From Lama glama (lineage: Eukaryota), in the NCBI GenBank assembly GCA_028534125.1, contig CM052817.1, positions 62,126,001 through 62,190,000 on the forward strand: a stretch of DNA of 64,000 nucleotides, given 5' to 3'. Both the position numbers and the translations under genes were made by a program. The notes under the pieces are model-generated. The model had not been told where the DNA came from and ran no database searches. It worked only from the letters and a program-made list of their open reading frames with translations. Positions 1-14,172 of this stretch are shown piece by piece (position 1 is the stretch's first letter; the number at the start of each line of letters is the position of its first letter).

Positions 1-1929
1 TGATTCCTGAGGCTGCATTGCTTGGTTTTTGGTTTACTCTGGGCATGTGATTTCTGATATTCCCAGAACTCTCTTTCAACAGTATGCTGCCAAGAAAAGG
101 CTGCATATTTCTGGCCACAATGGGTCTTTATGACCTGGTTTCCTGTCACTGGCTTTCTCAAGCAAAGTTAGGGTGGACTCCAGGGCCTACATAAAAAGGA
201 GGGTTTATCTGTACTCATTTTCAGCTAACTGCTGTTTTGTTCTGTTAACCTTCTTTTGCTCACTTATGTTTGACAGCTTGATGTGTGCTTTTCATTGTTT
301 AGGAGTTGCAAAAGTAGCAAGCTACACCACTCACTGTGGGCGACTCCATGCAATTACTACATGCAGTTTTACATTTTTATCACAGTAGAACAAAGGCACT
401 ATTAGAAAAGTACTATGTGAATGATTATATGAATGAAATAATCACCAAGTTTTTCAAATGAGCATGTAATTAACAAGAATATTCAGTTCAAAGTGGTCAT
501 GCATTCCTTAACAGGCAGGCAGTCTAAGAAGGAAAGCTATAGTTTTATTTAAGCCTCAGGCTTTACATTACCTATCTGGTTATCAGATGGTCTATGCAGC
601 ATGGTCTTGAGGTTGTCAGGAAATCTGAAAAGACTACTCCTGCTTCCTGCTCTACTATGCTCTTATTGGTTGGGAAGGAGGGTAAAATAGCTTCAACAGT
701 GTTATACCAAGATGCTTAATGGTTGTTTCAATCTGTGTTGCTCACGTTGTTTATACACATACTGAAGTGGCATCTGGAAACTTCAGTTTGGAAAACCCCT
801 AAAAGTGGCCATATTATATCAGGTTTGGGGGCCTTCTTTGATAAGTGATTCAACCATATGAGGCCTCAGCACTCTGTCTTAGCACAGGGCACTGCCACCT
901 ATTTCTCAATGCAAAGTAACACAGAGGGCGCTTGTTAACTTTGCTGAATTGCCAACACCACATCTCATGCTCTCCATCCTTTATGAAGTTTCCTGGCACC
1001 TACCACGAACATAGAAAACTTTGCTTCCACACCACAAACTCTCTGCATTTGGCCCTTGAAAGGAATTTTGACTGTAGCTCTGGGGCTCTCATACAACACA
1101 TCTTGCGTGGCTCAGATAACAAGGAACAGATTTCTACACTGCCTTGTAACACTCTGCTAATATGCCTCTAAGGATCCCAGGAAGGGAGTCCTTAGAATAT
1201 GAAATAGTCAAACCTCATTAAAAAAATACCTTTTAATAACACCATTTACAAGCACAGACTTTCAACAGGAAACATAAAAGGACAGAGTTATACAGAATGC
1301 CCACTGGAGGTCCATCAACTTCAGTACTTCCTTTTAAAGGGTTGATAAAGTTGCCTGTATGCCTGAACGGAAAATAGCTAATGTAATTCACCTTTTTAAA
1401 GGTTAATCTTGCTGGAAGACAAGAAGTTGAAGGGCAATTTATGTAAACACTGACTGTAGCACCCCATGTGGGCACCTATGTGTCTTTCAAATGCATATAA
1501 CAACACACTCTCTCTCTCTAGTTTTAAGAAATAATTGTTTTTCTAATTTCTAATTCCAGTGAATTTCTAGAAGAGTCAAGCTGGGATATTAATTACATAA
1601 TATCTGCCTTTTACTCTAAGAATTATTTGCCCAAAATCTCACTTATAAATAGAAGAGGCATATCCTTGGGAACAGAATGGCAAAGGCACGGAACTTTAAT
1701 ACATTAATTTTTCTAATAAAAATTTAACAAGTGTTAGTAGAAATGGACAGAAAAAGAAGGAGTACACTCAAGGAACTACACCTAACAGTTGTCAATTAAT
1801 TTATGGCTTGAATAATATATAGCTGACATCATTAGACAGTTTGATATTCTTTATTTGTTGTCATGGCCACAATTACTGCACACTACTTTCTCACAAAGAA
1901 TTTCCAAGATTTTGAATTAAATGATATTA

Positions 1930-2090
1930 CATTTGTTGAGAGCTACTGTATGCAGGCACAGCACTTGGCACTTAAGTACTCAGCCTTCTTAGTCCTTACA
2001 ACAATCAGCTCAAGTATGAGCTTCATGTATAGATGAGGAAACCAAGGGTAAGTGAGAGCAGGTTCCCCAGCTTGTATGTATAGAAGGTTG
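1930..2090 (-). mobile_element. MIR SINE (degenerate)
   Basis: Reverse-strand MIR core 'tagatgaggaaaccaagg' preceded by 'tccttacaacaa'. Confidence 0.7.
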
Positions 2091-3619
2091 GATGGTGTTC
2101 TGCTTGACTGTTGAGCTTGGGGCTTTCCATGAAGCTACAAGGCTACCATGAAAGGAGTGATGCAATGATAAATATGAAATTCTAGGGACATGTTACTACT
2201 CGTTACCAGTGGACAGAGGACTAATCTAGGAATTCTGCCTGCGGAACCCCTCAAGCAGTTGTTTCCTGGTAATAGAATATAATGTCAGATCTCTCTGGTG
2301 ACAGACAAAGGTACATTTCTCAGTCTTCCTTTCTAGAATCTGCAAAATGAAGAATCAAAAATGATTCCAGGGCTGATTGAAACTTGTAATGTCCTTATCA
2401 CTAAACGTAAAGTTCCTAACTTCTATCACCCATTTCTACTGAGCTAACAGATTGGCTGTCTTTATGTTGAAAAAGATGCACCTGAGATAAAGCTGGGTGA
2501 CTATTACCAACTAGCATTTATTCAAAACTAGCAGCAATTATTCAAAAGTGAGGCCTGAGGTTGGTTTTTCAAGGTTGGTGATAATATGATTTTTTTTAAT
2601 TGCTTGAAATAGCATATTCATTAAGATTAGGATGGATTTTAGTGAGCTAAAATTATTTATTTGAATAATGTTCACAGTAACTGTTTATCAATAAACAACT
2701 AGAAGTCTCTAATCTCTAAGTCCTTGGCATTACCCTTTGCTTACATAATGTTCTAAATACTGTATGGATAAATAACAAAACAAACCTATAAAGAAACTAG
2801 CTCATGTCTTTAGTCATGCAGAGCACAATATTTTAGTGACGCTTAACAAAGCCATAAAATTTTTGCTTATAACTCACTCTCCAACTGTTAACAGTAGTTT
2901 TAAGAATTCACATTCAGGTTATCCTGATTACGCAACAGAACAGTCTTTAAATCAGTCAGGCAAGAAACAGCATGTGGCTGACGTTAACCATGCAATCCCT
3001 TCAGTCTTTCGTCTGATAGCAAACTGAAAGACTATTCAGTGAATAACCTTTTATCTAAATGCTGAATTGTCCAAGTTTACGGCCTTCTAAAGGAAATGTC
3101 ATAACTCTCCTAGTAATACACAATTATGTATGTGTATATCTCTATGTATATATACATTTCTCTGTTACACCCTTCAGGTAACACGAGAGGGCATTAATGG
3201 AGAATAAGCCAGTTTTGTTTAAGATTAAGTATGGCTAAGAGTAAACTTCTGTGGGTTTTCTCTCTGACTCAGCTGTTAATTTGAACCAATCATGAGTGAT
3301 CTGGAGGAAAAGGAGTAAGGAAATTTTATAAAGGAATAATGTTAAACGCTCAGAACTGTGAGAGGGATTCTAGGTGGACAATTTATGATTTTACATAAAT
3401 TTGATAGCATAGTATAGATGGTATATTAGAGTTACCAAGGAAAACTGTTAGAAATGTTGGTAGGAATATCAACCTTTCTAACAAATCAAGGATTCAAAAT
3501 TTGAGTAAACATTTCAATTTTTGTGATTGAAGATTGTTTAATTCCTTAAAGTTGATTCTTTCTCTTTTCTTTCCCTGCATACTCTTATTCCCTTCCCTGA
3601 CTTAGTTCATAACTCATAA

Positions 3620-4632
3620 ATTGATGTCTCTAGACCTCTGTGGGTCAAGTGCCATTTTGTTGGACATCTTCACATAAATAAGCAACTCGTATCACCAAAT
3701 TCAGCCTGTCCAAGGTGGAGAGAAGGGAGGGTGGAAAAGAAAGCGGATATATATGTGCACCTACCACGCACGAGGTACTTTATACTTACCCAAGTTTGAT
3801 ACGATGACCACCAGCTGGAGTCCCTTCCTGTGTTCCTTAGCTCAAATATAGCTAATTAAATATACCTCTTAAGTTATCCAAGTGAGAAACATGGGAATCA
3901 AGTTGAATTCTTCCCTCTCCCTCCCTCCCCACAATCAGCCCACTTTTGAGTCATGTCAGTAGTACCTCTGACAGGTCTCTGCATTCCCCTCCTGTTTTCC
4001 TTTTTCATCAGCTTTTAGTCAGATCCTCACCAGCTCCATCTGAATGAATTACTAACAGAAGCACCTACCTGTTTTTCTTTCCTGAATTGAAACACCACCC
4101 TACCTGGGGTTGTTTGTTTTTCTAATGCAACCTAATCATATTACTAACTTTCTCCAAAATCCTTTTATTTTCCACCTTTATCTCTGGCATTAAAGTCAAT
4201 CATCTTGTATTTATATTCCAAAATCTTTCTTAATATGGCTCTGGTCCACTTTTCAAACCTCATCTGACACCTCCCAATCCTACGCTGGTCATATATGACT
4301 TTTATTCTTGGCCTCTAATTCTTATCTTTAATCTTCATTTAACTTACTACTATTACAACCCTCCCTCCCCGTGTAGAATCTTAATGCCTCTCACTCGGCT
4401 CCACTCTCTTCCCCTTACAATATCTGTCACCTTCAAACCTACCAACATTTTACTTATTTCTCTAATATTTACTGTTAATTTTTATCTCACTAGAATTTAG
4501 GCCCCACAAAAACGGGATTATTATTATTTTTTTTGCCTGTTTTGCTCATCTATATGCTTACTGTTGCAAATGACTAGAAGAGTTTCTAAAACATAGTGAG
4601 TATTCAACAAAAAACCTGTTGAGTGAATAAAC
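3620..4632 (+). mobile_element. L2 LINE 3' region
   Basis: Pyrimidine-rich L2-like body ('ttcttccctctccctccctccccacaatc') ending in an L2 3' terminus, 'acatagtgagtattcaacaaaaaacctgttgagtgaataaa'. Confidence 0.75.
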
Positions 4633-5972
4633 TGACTGTATGACACTGTTCCCTGTAGCTTCTGTTTACAAGGCACCCTCATTGCTTGCCTAATTACTTA
4701 GCCTGTAGCTGGAGAAAAGCTCACCTACCCTTAAAACTCACAGAACTAATATTGCCCTCTTTTTGAGGGTTGCTTGACTCCTCAGGTGTAATTAATCAAC
4801 ACTCATCTTATGCCTCCACAGCACTTAACCCAGTCTAACCTGGGTTATGATTTGCCGTCTCCATTGTCAGACTGAACAGCGTATCTCCCCATCTGTCCAG
4901 ACTTACACACAGTGGGAGCTTAATATATGTTTAGTAAATTGATTGTTTAAACAGAGCTGTAGATGGGACACAAACTGAGAAAGACATGACATGGGTTTAT
5001 CAGATGGAATCATGGTAAGGCTAATATTTCAGTCAAGAAACAGCAAGGACAAAGGGAGACCAGCTGTAATTTCCTAAATCTGTATTGACTCTTGAGGGAG
5101 AAAGGACTAGGAAAGAGTGAGTGACCTGTATTCAGCCAATACAGGAACGCTGTAGACTCATTATCATCTAATACTTTTAGAACAGCTGACATTAATTTTG
5201 GATATACTTAGAAGGACAAACGCCATCTATGAAAGCAAGACTTCTAGAGCATTAAAATAGTCCTTAGTGTTTTTGTAACTACCTTCGTCAATACAGTTTA
5301 GTGTAAGTGACCTAACAGAATCACAGCGATGGCATTTGCTTCAGGCCACTAGTGAATTCTGTGTGCTCTGAGACACCGCATGGTATGTCCAATGTTAATT
5401 AGACAATGAAATAAACCAGAGTTGGCATTAGAAAATAGGCAAGCATTGATTTTCTTTTCACTTTTTATTTATTAAAATGTTACAGAGGAAGCAGATATAC
5501 TTTCTTGGTTCAATATTTATGACCTGTTTCCTTCTTTTAACTGAGAGAAGCAAGTGTCCCCTCAGGTGAATCGAAAGCCCGTCTGTTTTCGGGAACGCTT
5601 CAGTTAAGCAGCTTTTCCCCAGTTATAACAGACCCCTCACTATAGTGCCATTTTGGGTAGGTCTTTTTTTCATGGGTTTCATCTTGCAGAAATAGTGTCA
5701 TAAAATAAGTATGAAATGTAAGAGATAAGAAAATCCAGACTGCTTTTTAAACTGATGCAAACACACTTTGCATAAGGCAGACTTGCCATTGTGCTTCAAC
5801 ATTTGCTGAACTTACAGTTACGACAAGAAAGAAAAACACTTAAGGGTTTTGTTGCTGTTGTTGTTGGTAGTGGTGGTGAAAGCCAATGGAAAAGAGATTG
5901 GAAATGGAAAAGTTCAAACCCTTTTGTTACTCTAAAGGGTAAGGAAGGGATATGTCTCTGCATCTACATTGC

Positions 5973-6152
5973 CTGAGCTCACCACTTAATGCCTGTGTGA
6001 ATTTGGGCAAGTTAATTAACCTCTCTGTTCCATGTTTTTCATTTGAGAAATGGGGATCATTTTATTATCAACTTCAAAGCACTGTTAAGTCGATTAAATG
6101 AGTTAATATTTACAAAGCACTGGGAATACAGGGTCTGTATAAATGTTCGCTA
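5973..6152 (+). mobile_element. MIR SINE
   Basis: 'tgtgtgaatttgggcaagttaattaacctctctgttcc...gagaaatgggga...gattaaatgagttaatatttacaaagcact' matches the MIR core and 3' part. Confidence 0.9.
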
Positions 6153-7539
6153 GATAGCTTTTCACAGAAGGAAGCAAGCTCAGAACTTCATAGAATACAG
6201 CAAACAGACACTTGAGAAGCAATAAATCAAAAGGGTATTTAATTCAAATTTTACCCAGTATAACTTCTGTTCCACCCAAATAAAACATTAAAATGTAACA
6301 TCCCTTACTAACCTTTGGCAATTTATTTATAAAGACCACGTTCTGCATTTCTTAGTAAAGGCTTTCAAGGTACCCATCTTTCTGGTTTCCATTATAATAC
6401 AACCAGCAACAGAGCCCAGAAAATTACACTGTTTCCCATCAATTAGCTTTTCAATGCAATGTCTCCTGAAACCATTTTCTAAAACATGTTAACAATCCTA
6501 AAACATAATTGTGTAACACCCAAGACACCCATGCCTGTTGTTTAATGCTAATTTCCTTGAGCTTCCGAAGAGGAATTGCTATTGATGACTTTCATTAGGA
6601 AACAACTGACCCTTCTCCAGTGCAGCATCCTGAGAAGAAACTCACTAAATATGCCCATATTTCATCTCTTGAATGTCAAGGTGCAATAGGCACAGTGAAG
6701 AATATCGTTTATTTAATCTAAAATTAAAATTTTATAGGCTACATTACCTAAGGTAAATTGCTTAATACATTTAGAAGAACAGCTGTTTTCTGAGTGTTTG
6801 GCATCTATGTGTTTTATTTGAGGCCCAAATAAGGTGAACCCGCAGACACAAGTGCAGATACAATGGTCTCTACGATATTTCAGGTGCTATATCTCGTCCT
6901 CCCTCCTCAATCACACACACAAAACTGAGTTTCTAACAGGAAAGATCTGTTCTGTCAGACACCATTGATTCCAAAGAGATTTCTTAATCCTCTTGCTTAC
7001 TTTTTTTGTCTACACAATTGAAAAATAGTCAAAAACCTTTTATAAGATTAAACATTCTGAATTTCAATTTCTTCAGCCTTGTTTGGGTAATACTATGTTT
7101 TTATTAGATATTATTCATTCCAAATTCAAAAACAGATTCATGGCATCTTATGATAAAAAGAGATATACTATATAGCACTTAAAATAAAGCCAGAACTAAT
7201 GGGCGGTTGGTGGTTTGTGAACAGAGACTTTCTTGCTCTGCTTCTAAATACCCCAAAATCATTCTATCATGCTCAGAAAATGCAAATATAACAAAAGAGT
7301 ACAATCTAGATTTCTGTACAGTTGAGATTAAAAGATGGTACCAGACTCTAGGCTCTCAGGAAGCTATAGTACCATGTGAGAAGAGTATTTATTAAAAAAA
7401 AAAAAAAAGATGACGACGAAGAAGAAAAGGTAGCAGGATTCTGCCAGCCTCCCTTGTAGCTGGAATTAAGCAAGAGCTGAGTTCTGCAAAATCAGATACA
7501 CCCCTAATTCAACATTTCTTGCAGTGTCCTCTGCTACCA

Positions 7540-8102
7540 GCAGGGTGCCAGCCACCATGATTTTTACAGCTCTCCCTGCTTTGACTTGTAACTCCCAGAT
7601 ACCACTATTCCCCAACACAAGGCTGACCTTCTTAAAACATAAATGAACACATGTCACTTCAGACCCTCCATGGCTTCATTTCACCATGGCCTAGAATGCC
7701 CTATATCTACACAACCTGACACTAGCTTTCCATCCTCCCTACTACTCTCTTCCTCCACTCCATTCCAGCCACTCAGGCTTTTCTTGTGTTCCTCTAACAC
7801 CTGCCAAACAATCTCCTGCCTCCAGATCATTTGTCTCCTTCAGTGGGGACATTTCTTCTCCCACCCTGTTCTCTCCATTGTCATTTCCCCAGAGAAGCTT
7901 TCCCTGACTGTTGTCTGTCTGTTTATGTACTACTTCATTCCTCTTTGTGACCTTTATCTTCACCCAGCACTAGGGAATATGCTGATGTGTCAATCTGATT
8001 TTCATCTACTTCCTCACATGTGCCAAACGTGTTTGTTTCACTGCTCTATGTCCATGACTGGCACATAGCAGGTACTCAATAGACAACTATGAATAAGTGA
8101 AC
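7540..8102 (+). mobile_element. L2 LINE 3' end
   Basis: Ends in 'ctggcacatagcaggtactcaatagacaactatgaataagtgaa'. It accounts for spurious ORF 7643..8068. Confidence 0.75.
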
Positions 8103-9316
8103 AAACAGACTCCCAGTTTATAGGAAATAAATGGATTAGCTGTTAGATTATGGGTTAGAGAAGGAAAGATATTAACTCTTTTTGCAAATGTGGGAAGAGG
8201 GGGGGAGTACTTCCAGTAACCCCCCACCTTTGCTGTTTAACTATGTTAGGCTTCAAGATAAGAAGGCAAGAGTAAATACATTGTTTCATCTCAGTCTGCA
8301 AAACAATTTTAAATATAACTGAGTTGTTTGGTGACAATCTCTAACCAAGTCACCACAGATGAGACCTGCTCTCTAGTTGGCTTCCAACTGTCATCTTTCA
8401 GTAACTGAAGAATGGGGTCTGAATCAGCAGGTCTACATCTCAATACAAACACGGGGAGTGTGCAGTTTGACATTAAGAAAAGAAGGGAAGTAATGTCAAT
8501 AATGTCCTTCAAGTACTGATGTCAATAAATTAGGACAATAATCCAAGAAAACGAAGGAAAGTAATACTTCAACACAGACCTGACACCAACATTTGCAGGA
8601 ATCAGGACAAGGGTAAAAATGAAGACTGCATACTGTGCGTCTAAATAGTTCAAGGTTATATATCCAGCTAACACACTAATAAATATTTGGTATCTCTGAT
8701 CTTGACAAATATACCTTCCAGGGATTTATTACATAGCTAAGTTCTTGATGATCATTCTTTAAGTGCTCTGAGTTCCAGGGGGCATAGAAAGAGCTGATAA
8801 TTCTCTTTATACCTGCAGATCCCCTTTGTCATGAGCAGCCTTGTAGGCACCTACACGACCATTCCTGAAATCAAGCTAGAGCCACAAGAGCAGAGAATTT
8901 TGGAGTCCTGGGTCCCCATAGCATCATCTAGAAGGGGAGGTGGGTGAGGAGAGGCATAGCTGGAGGAGGGCCAGAACAGAGACCCTCTAGAGTGAGAGGC
9001 TGAGGGCAACAGGCCCTCACCCGGGACTGAAGGTGGTATGATCAGAATCTTTCTATACAACAAGGAAAGAAGGAAGCAGAAAAGTATGGAAATCAAACAC
9101 AGTCAGAGATCATAGAAAGTAAATGCAGGGTTTAGAAACAGATCACATTATTAATTATAAGGAACTTAAAAATGTCATGGGAGTTAAATTACAATGATAC
9201 AGTAGGCTACATTGTAATACTGGATATTTAAATTAGCACTTCAAGTATTAAATAGTAGAAGTGACATGGAAAACAACATAGATTGGAGTTATATACACTG
9301 AAAATATTTAACAGAG

Positions 9317-9816
9317 NNNNNNNNNNNNNNNNNNNNNNNNNNNNNNNNNNNNNNNNNNNNNNNNNNNNNNNNNNNNNNNNNNNNNNNNNNNNNNNNNNNN
9401 NNNNNNNNNNNNNNNNNNNNNNNNNNNNNNNNNNNNNNNNNNNNNNNNNNNNNNNNNNNNNNNNNNNNNNNNNNNNNNNNNNNNNNNNNNNNNNNNNNNN
9501 NNNNNNNNNNNNNNNNNNNNNNNNNNNNNNNNNNNNNNNNNNNNNNNNNNNNNNNNNNNNNNNNNNNNNNNNNNNNNNNNNNNNNNNNNNNNNNNNNNNN
9601 NNNNNNNNNNNNNNNNNNNNNNNNNNNNNNNNNNNNNNNNNNNNNNNNNNNNNNNNNNNNNNNNNNNNNNNNNNNNNNNNNNNNNNNNNNNNNNNNNNNN
9701 NNNNNNNNNNNNNNNNNNNNNNNNNNNNNNNNNNNNNNNNNNNNNNNNNNNNNNNNNNNNNNNNNNNNNNNNNNNNNNNNNNNNNNNNNNNNNNNNNNNN
9801 NNNNNNNNNNNNNNNN
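9317..9816. other. Assembly gap (500 N)
   Basis: Run of N. Confidence 1.
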
Positions 9817-9855
9817 ACTATCTTATCATAGACATTTGTAATTTGAGGTTATAGG

Positions 9856-9955
9856 NNNNNNNNNNNNNNNNNNNNNNNNNNNNNNNNNNNNNNNNNNNNN
9901 NNNNNNNNNNNNNNNNNNNNNNNNNNNNNNNNNNNNNNNNNNNNNNNNNNNNNNN
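9856..9955. other. Assembly gap (100 N)
   Basis: Run of N. Confidence 1.
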
Positions 9956-10139
9956 CATTATCCTGGATTAGAAGCACAAGCCTCATCCTTGGTCCACATG
10001 TTAGGGTTTGAAGATTTGATGGAACATAAAGGAGGGAGATGTAAAATCTAAGTGAGCATCAAAGTCTGGGCCCTGAACATACACAGACACTTACAGGTAT
10101 ATGTATGTGTGTGTATATAAAAAAAAAAAAAAAAGAAAA

Positions 10140-10700
10140 AGGTGAGAGAAGATGACAGACATAGAGAGTAAATAATCAGGATTCTGAATCAATATAAAAA
10201 TGAATTAGAATTGGTTACTAAGGAATAATTGAAGAAAATATTTTAAAATTTAGTCAAAATTAACCAGAAAAAATTCATTACCAAAACACCTTTAAGATTC
10301 TTTAGCTTCACAGGAAAATAAATTTTCCACACTCCCAAACAGGGTGAAAAAAATAATTGGTTATTTTAGAAGAAACCATTATCAAGAGACTTGTACATAT
10401 TTTTTCTGCAGTGAATAAAAAACAGTACCAGTAGCAATGCAGAGGTCATTGTTATAAAGAAAATATGTTAATATAACACAGCAACCAAAATATATAATTA
10501 ATTCAAGGCAAAAAGGTATTTGATAACTTTTAACACTTATCCTCAATAAAACCATTGAAAAAAAGATTAGAAGGACAATTTTCAAATAGCAAAGTCCTGC
10601 TTTAAAATGAAAAGCAATGTTCTGAATCTTTTAAAATCCAGGAATGAAATAAGAGTGTTCACTATTAAAAGTGTTCACTATTTACATTCCATAGTTGTAA
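10140..10700 (+). mobile_element. Ancient L1M ORF2 fragment
   Basis: A-rich sequence with L1 ORF2-like segments, e.g. 'aaaaggtatttgataac' and 'aaatccaggaatgaaataagagtgttcact'. Confidence 0.55.
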
Positions 10701-13512
10701 TATATTATTTACTATTTCTTAAATAAAAAGTTTTTTAAGTAACCAGAATAAACATAAATGATATTTGATTGATTAATTCATTTTTATTAATGCCCTTGAT
10801 ACAAAGGTATATCTTTTTAAAATTTTGCCCTTGACATAGAAATATAGCTCATATATATGTACACAAACACATACACATGCTTTTTCAGTGAAATATGCTT
10901 GCTCCACATTTTGTATTGTTGAGCTATAAGGTGATTCACAGTTTCTACTCTAAGAAGTAGGTTAGAAGATATTAGAAACTAGAAGGAAATATATTGTTTT
11001 TAAATATTAAAATTGTTCCCATGTCTATATGAACAAGTAGATATGCTCATGTATCAATACTTATGTTGGTTTAAAACAGGGTCAGTTCAAGAATCAGAAA
11101 TCATTTACACCTTTAGAAGTTTCCTCTTTTTTTAAACAAAATATGTTTTTTACATTTTTTATTATGAAAACTGAGTTATGAGTGTATCATTCTAAGTCAA
11201 ATTACAGTCTTTTGATAATACGTTAAACTGAACAACAAAAAAAAGTATAGGTTGCAATTATACAGGGTTTTCCTTGATTGAGTATTTTCAAATTACTTTC
11301 AAGACAAAGCAATGTTATTGTCCCTAACATACCATGCAACCATCTATTACTGTTACAAATTCAAATTTGACCATTTAAGATGTATATATTTTTCTTGAAA
11401 ATATACCTTCTTCCTACAAATTGAGTGGACGGTCAGCATAGACCAAGGGCATCCTCAGGCCCCTAGACAACAGTTTGGGTTGCCTGCCCTTTCTCTGGTA
11501 TTTTAAACCCACTTAAGTGCTAATATCATTCTCCATTCATAGGCTCCAACTCTACAGAATTAGTTAACATTAGACACACTTTGTATATGCAAATCACTAT
11601 TCAGTAATATTCAGGGAATGTAATCAGTTGCTTGACTATATTTTGGAATATAGTAACACTGAGGGAGAAGAAAATCAAACAGCTACGGCAAAAGGAGCAG
11701 GTATGAAGGTTTTATTGTGAGGGGAAGGCTATATTTAATATTCTTATTTTAAAATCACACTTTTCAATTTTCTACTTTATAATGAACTACAGCCAATTAC
11801 TTCCCATCAACACTGATAAAAAGAGCTGTCCAACTGTTCAACATTTGCTCTACTAATTGAATGATCAATTATTCAAATAAATGATTCTCCCTATCAAGCT
11901 CCAGGAAAGCCCTGGTCGTTGTTCCAGCCTCAGATATAAAACTCAGTGTGGAGCAACAAAGAGACCAAATCCAGATAGAATTCTAAATTGCTAAGAGAAA
12001 AATCCCTCTAATTGGGCTAAGATTTATGGCTACTAGAGACTGCTTTGGCATCTCATGGATTTTGATCTTTTCTGAGACTGCTAATCTCACCTTCTCATAG
12101 TCTATTTTGCTGATTAATTCATTGGCAAGTATCACTGTGTTCCTTGAGAACATGCACTTTGTTAGGTAATGGATTTTAATGATTAGTCTAAATGTACTCT
12201 TTCCTTGCCAGCAAAGAAAGACCCCTCCCTACGTTATCGTATCCCCAAGAGGACTTTGTGGGGAGTGGGGGTCGGGGTGGTGGCAGGGGAATTCTCAGCT
12301 GACAGATGGCAGATGTGTTTTGCCTTCATGCCCTACATTTAGATGGAGTAATAGTAGCTGAAGGTCATTCTGTGGATTTGCTCTTTTAAAGACAAAATAA
12401 CTTTTTAAAGACTCAGACTGCATGTGTAAGCAAAAACTATCCATAGAGTTCACAGAATTCAGAAGGATTCGTTCCCACTAAGCGGCAAGCTTTAAACATA
12501 TATACATGCATCCAAGCAAGAAGAGCTCACACCAATAGGACAGGTTTTTCCCTCAAAATTATTTTCACACACAGAGTCTGGACAGCAGTGTTTTGAATGA
12601 TTTTCACTCATGTCTTATTTTACATGGAAACTTATATTCTTTTCTTATATTCTTTCACTTCTTTTATCTGCATCTGAAAGCCACCTAAACTCAAGATTTA
12701 GTAGTTTATGCAGAGAATGGCCTAACGTCTATTGGCAGTTCATGCTCTTCCCCACATGAAGAGCATGCTGCCCAAGATGAAAACTATAGCTTCTAGAATT
12801 CAGATTAGTTTGCAAATGAATCATCCACATCAGAAGAATACAGTAAATGGAAAGTATAACCCACTTTCAGAACAGGGACTAAAACTCAGATACCCAGAGA
12901 TATAATCTATTAATGGGAGGAGTATTTTATTAAACTGGGCAGAATTTTATCTCAAATCAGGTTAGAGTACTGACGAGAGCCTATGTAACTGTAAACATTT
13001 TCTTGATGCCCTAAGGCTATTATGGCTGATGATCGTTTCAGGAGCTAAAAGAAAGCCAAACTTTTTGCATGTACAAACAAACATGGGTTTTGTAAATTCC
13101 AGTTAGTAACAGCCACTACAGAGCTTCTCAGGAATCACTAGACTATGATCATTACAACAGGTGGAGACTTTGTTCCAGTTCCTGTGGGTGGCTGGCACAC
13201 CCCGGGTCTCCCACAGTTATTTCTGGAATGAATAAATGAATGAATGGATGACTCCAGGTAGCTATGATTATTTCAAACTGATTTAGTTGTTCTTTCATAG
13301 TAAGTTTGAGGGTAAGCATCTAATTTTTAAAATCTTAATTAGATTATAACCCACAATTTCTCAAATTTTACATTCAGGACTTTCCGTAAATACAAAACAC
13401 AATACTTTAGAGTTATTTAAGTATTAAGATACTTAAAAATAGCTGACTCATTGTGTTTTGTTTCTAGAGAAAACACTAAAATGTCTTGGTAAAACTCAGA
13501 AACGTCACCTAA

Positions 13513-14172
<660 letters not shown>

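Noticed and set aside
7643..8068. 141-aa ORF, and similarly 20701..21099, 43599..43922 and 63276..63623
   Set aside because: They lie in decayed L2 elements, have low-complexity S/L/P/F composition and show no recognisable domain.
9283..9831. 182-aa ORF
   Set aside because: Artifact of translating through the N gap.
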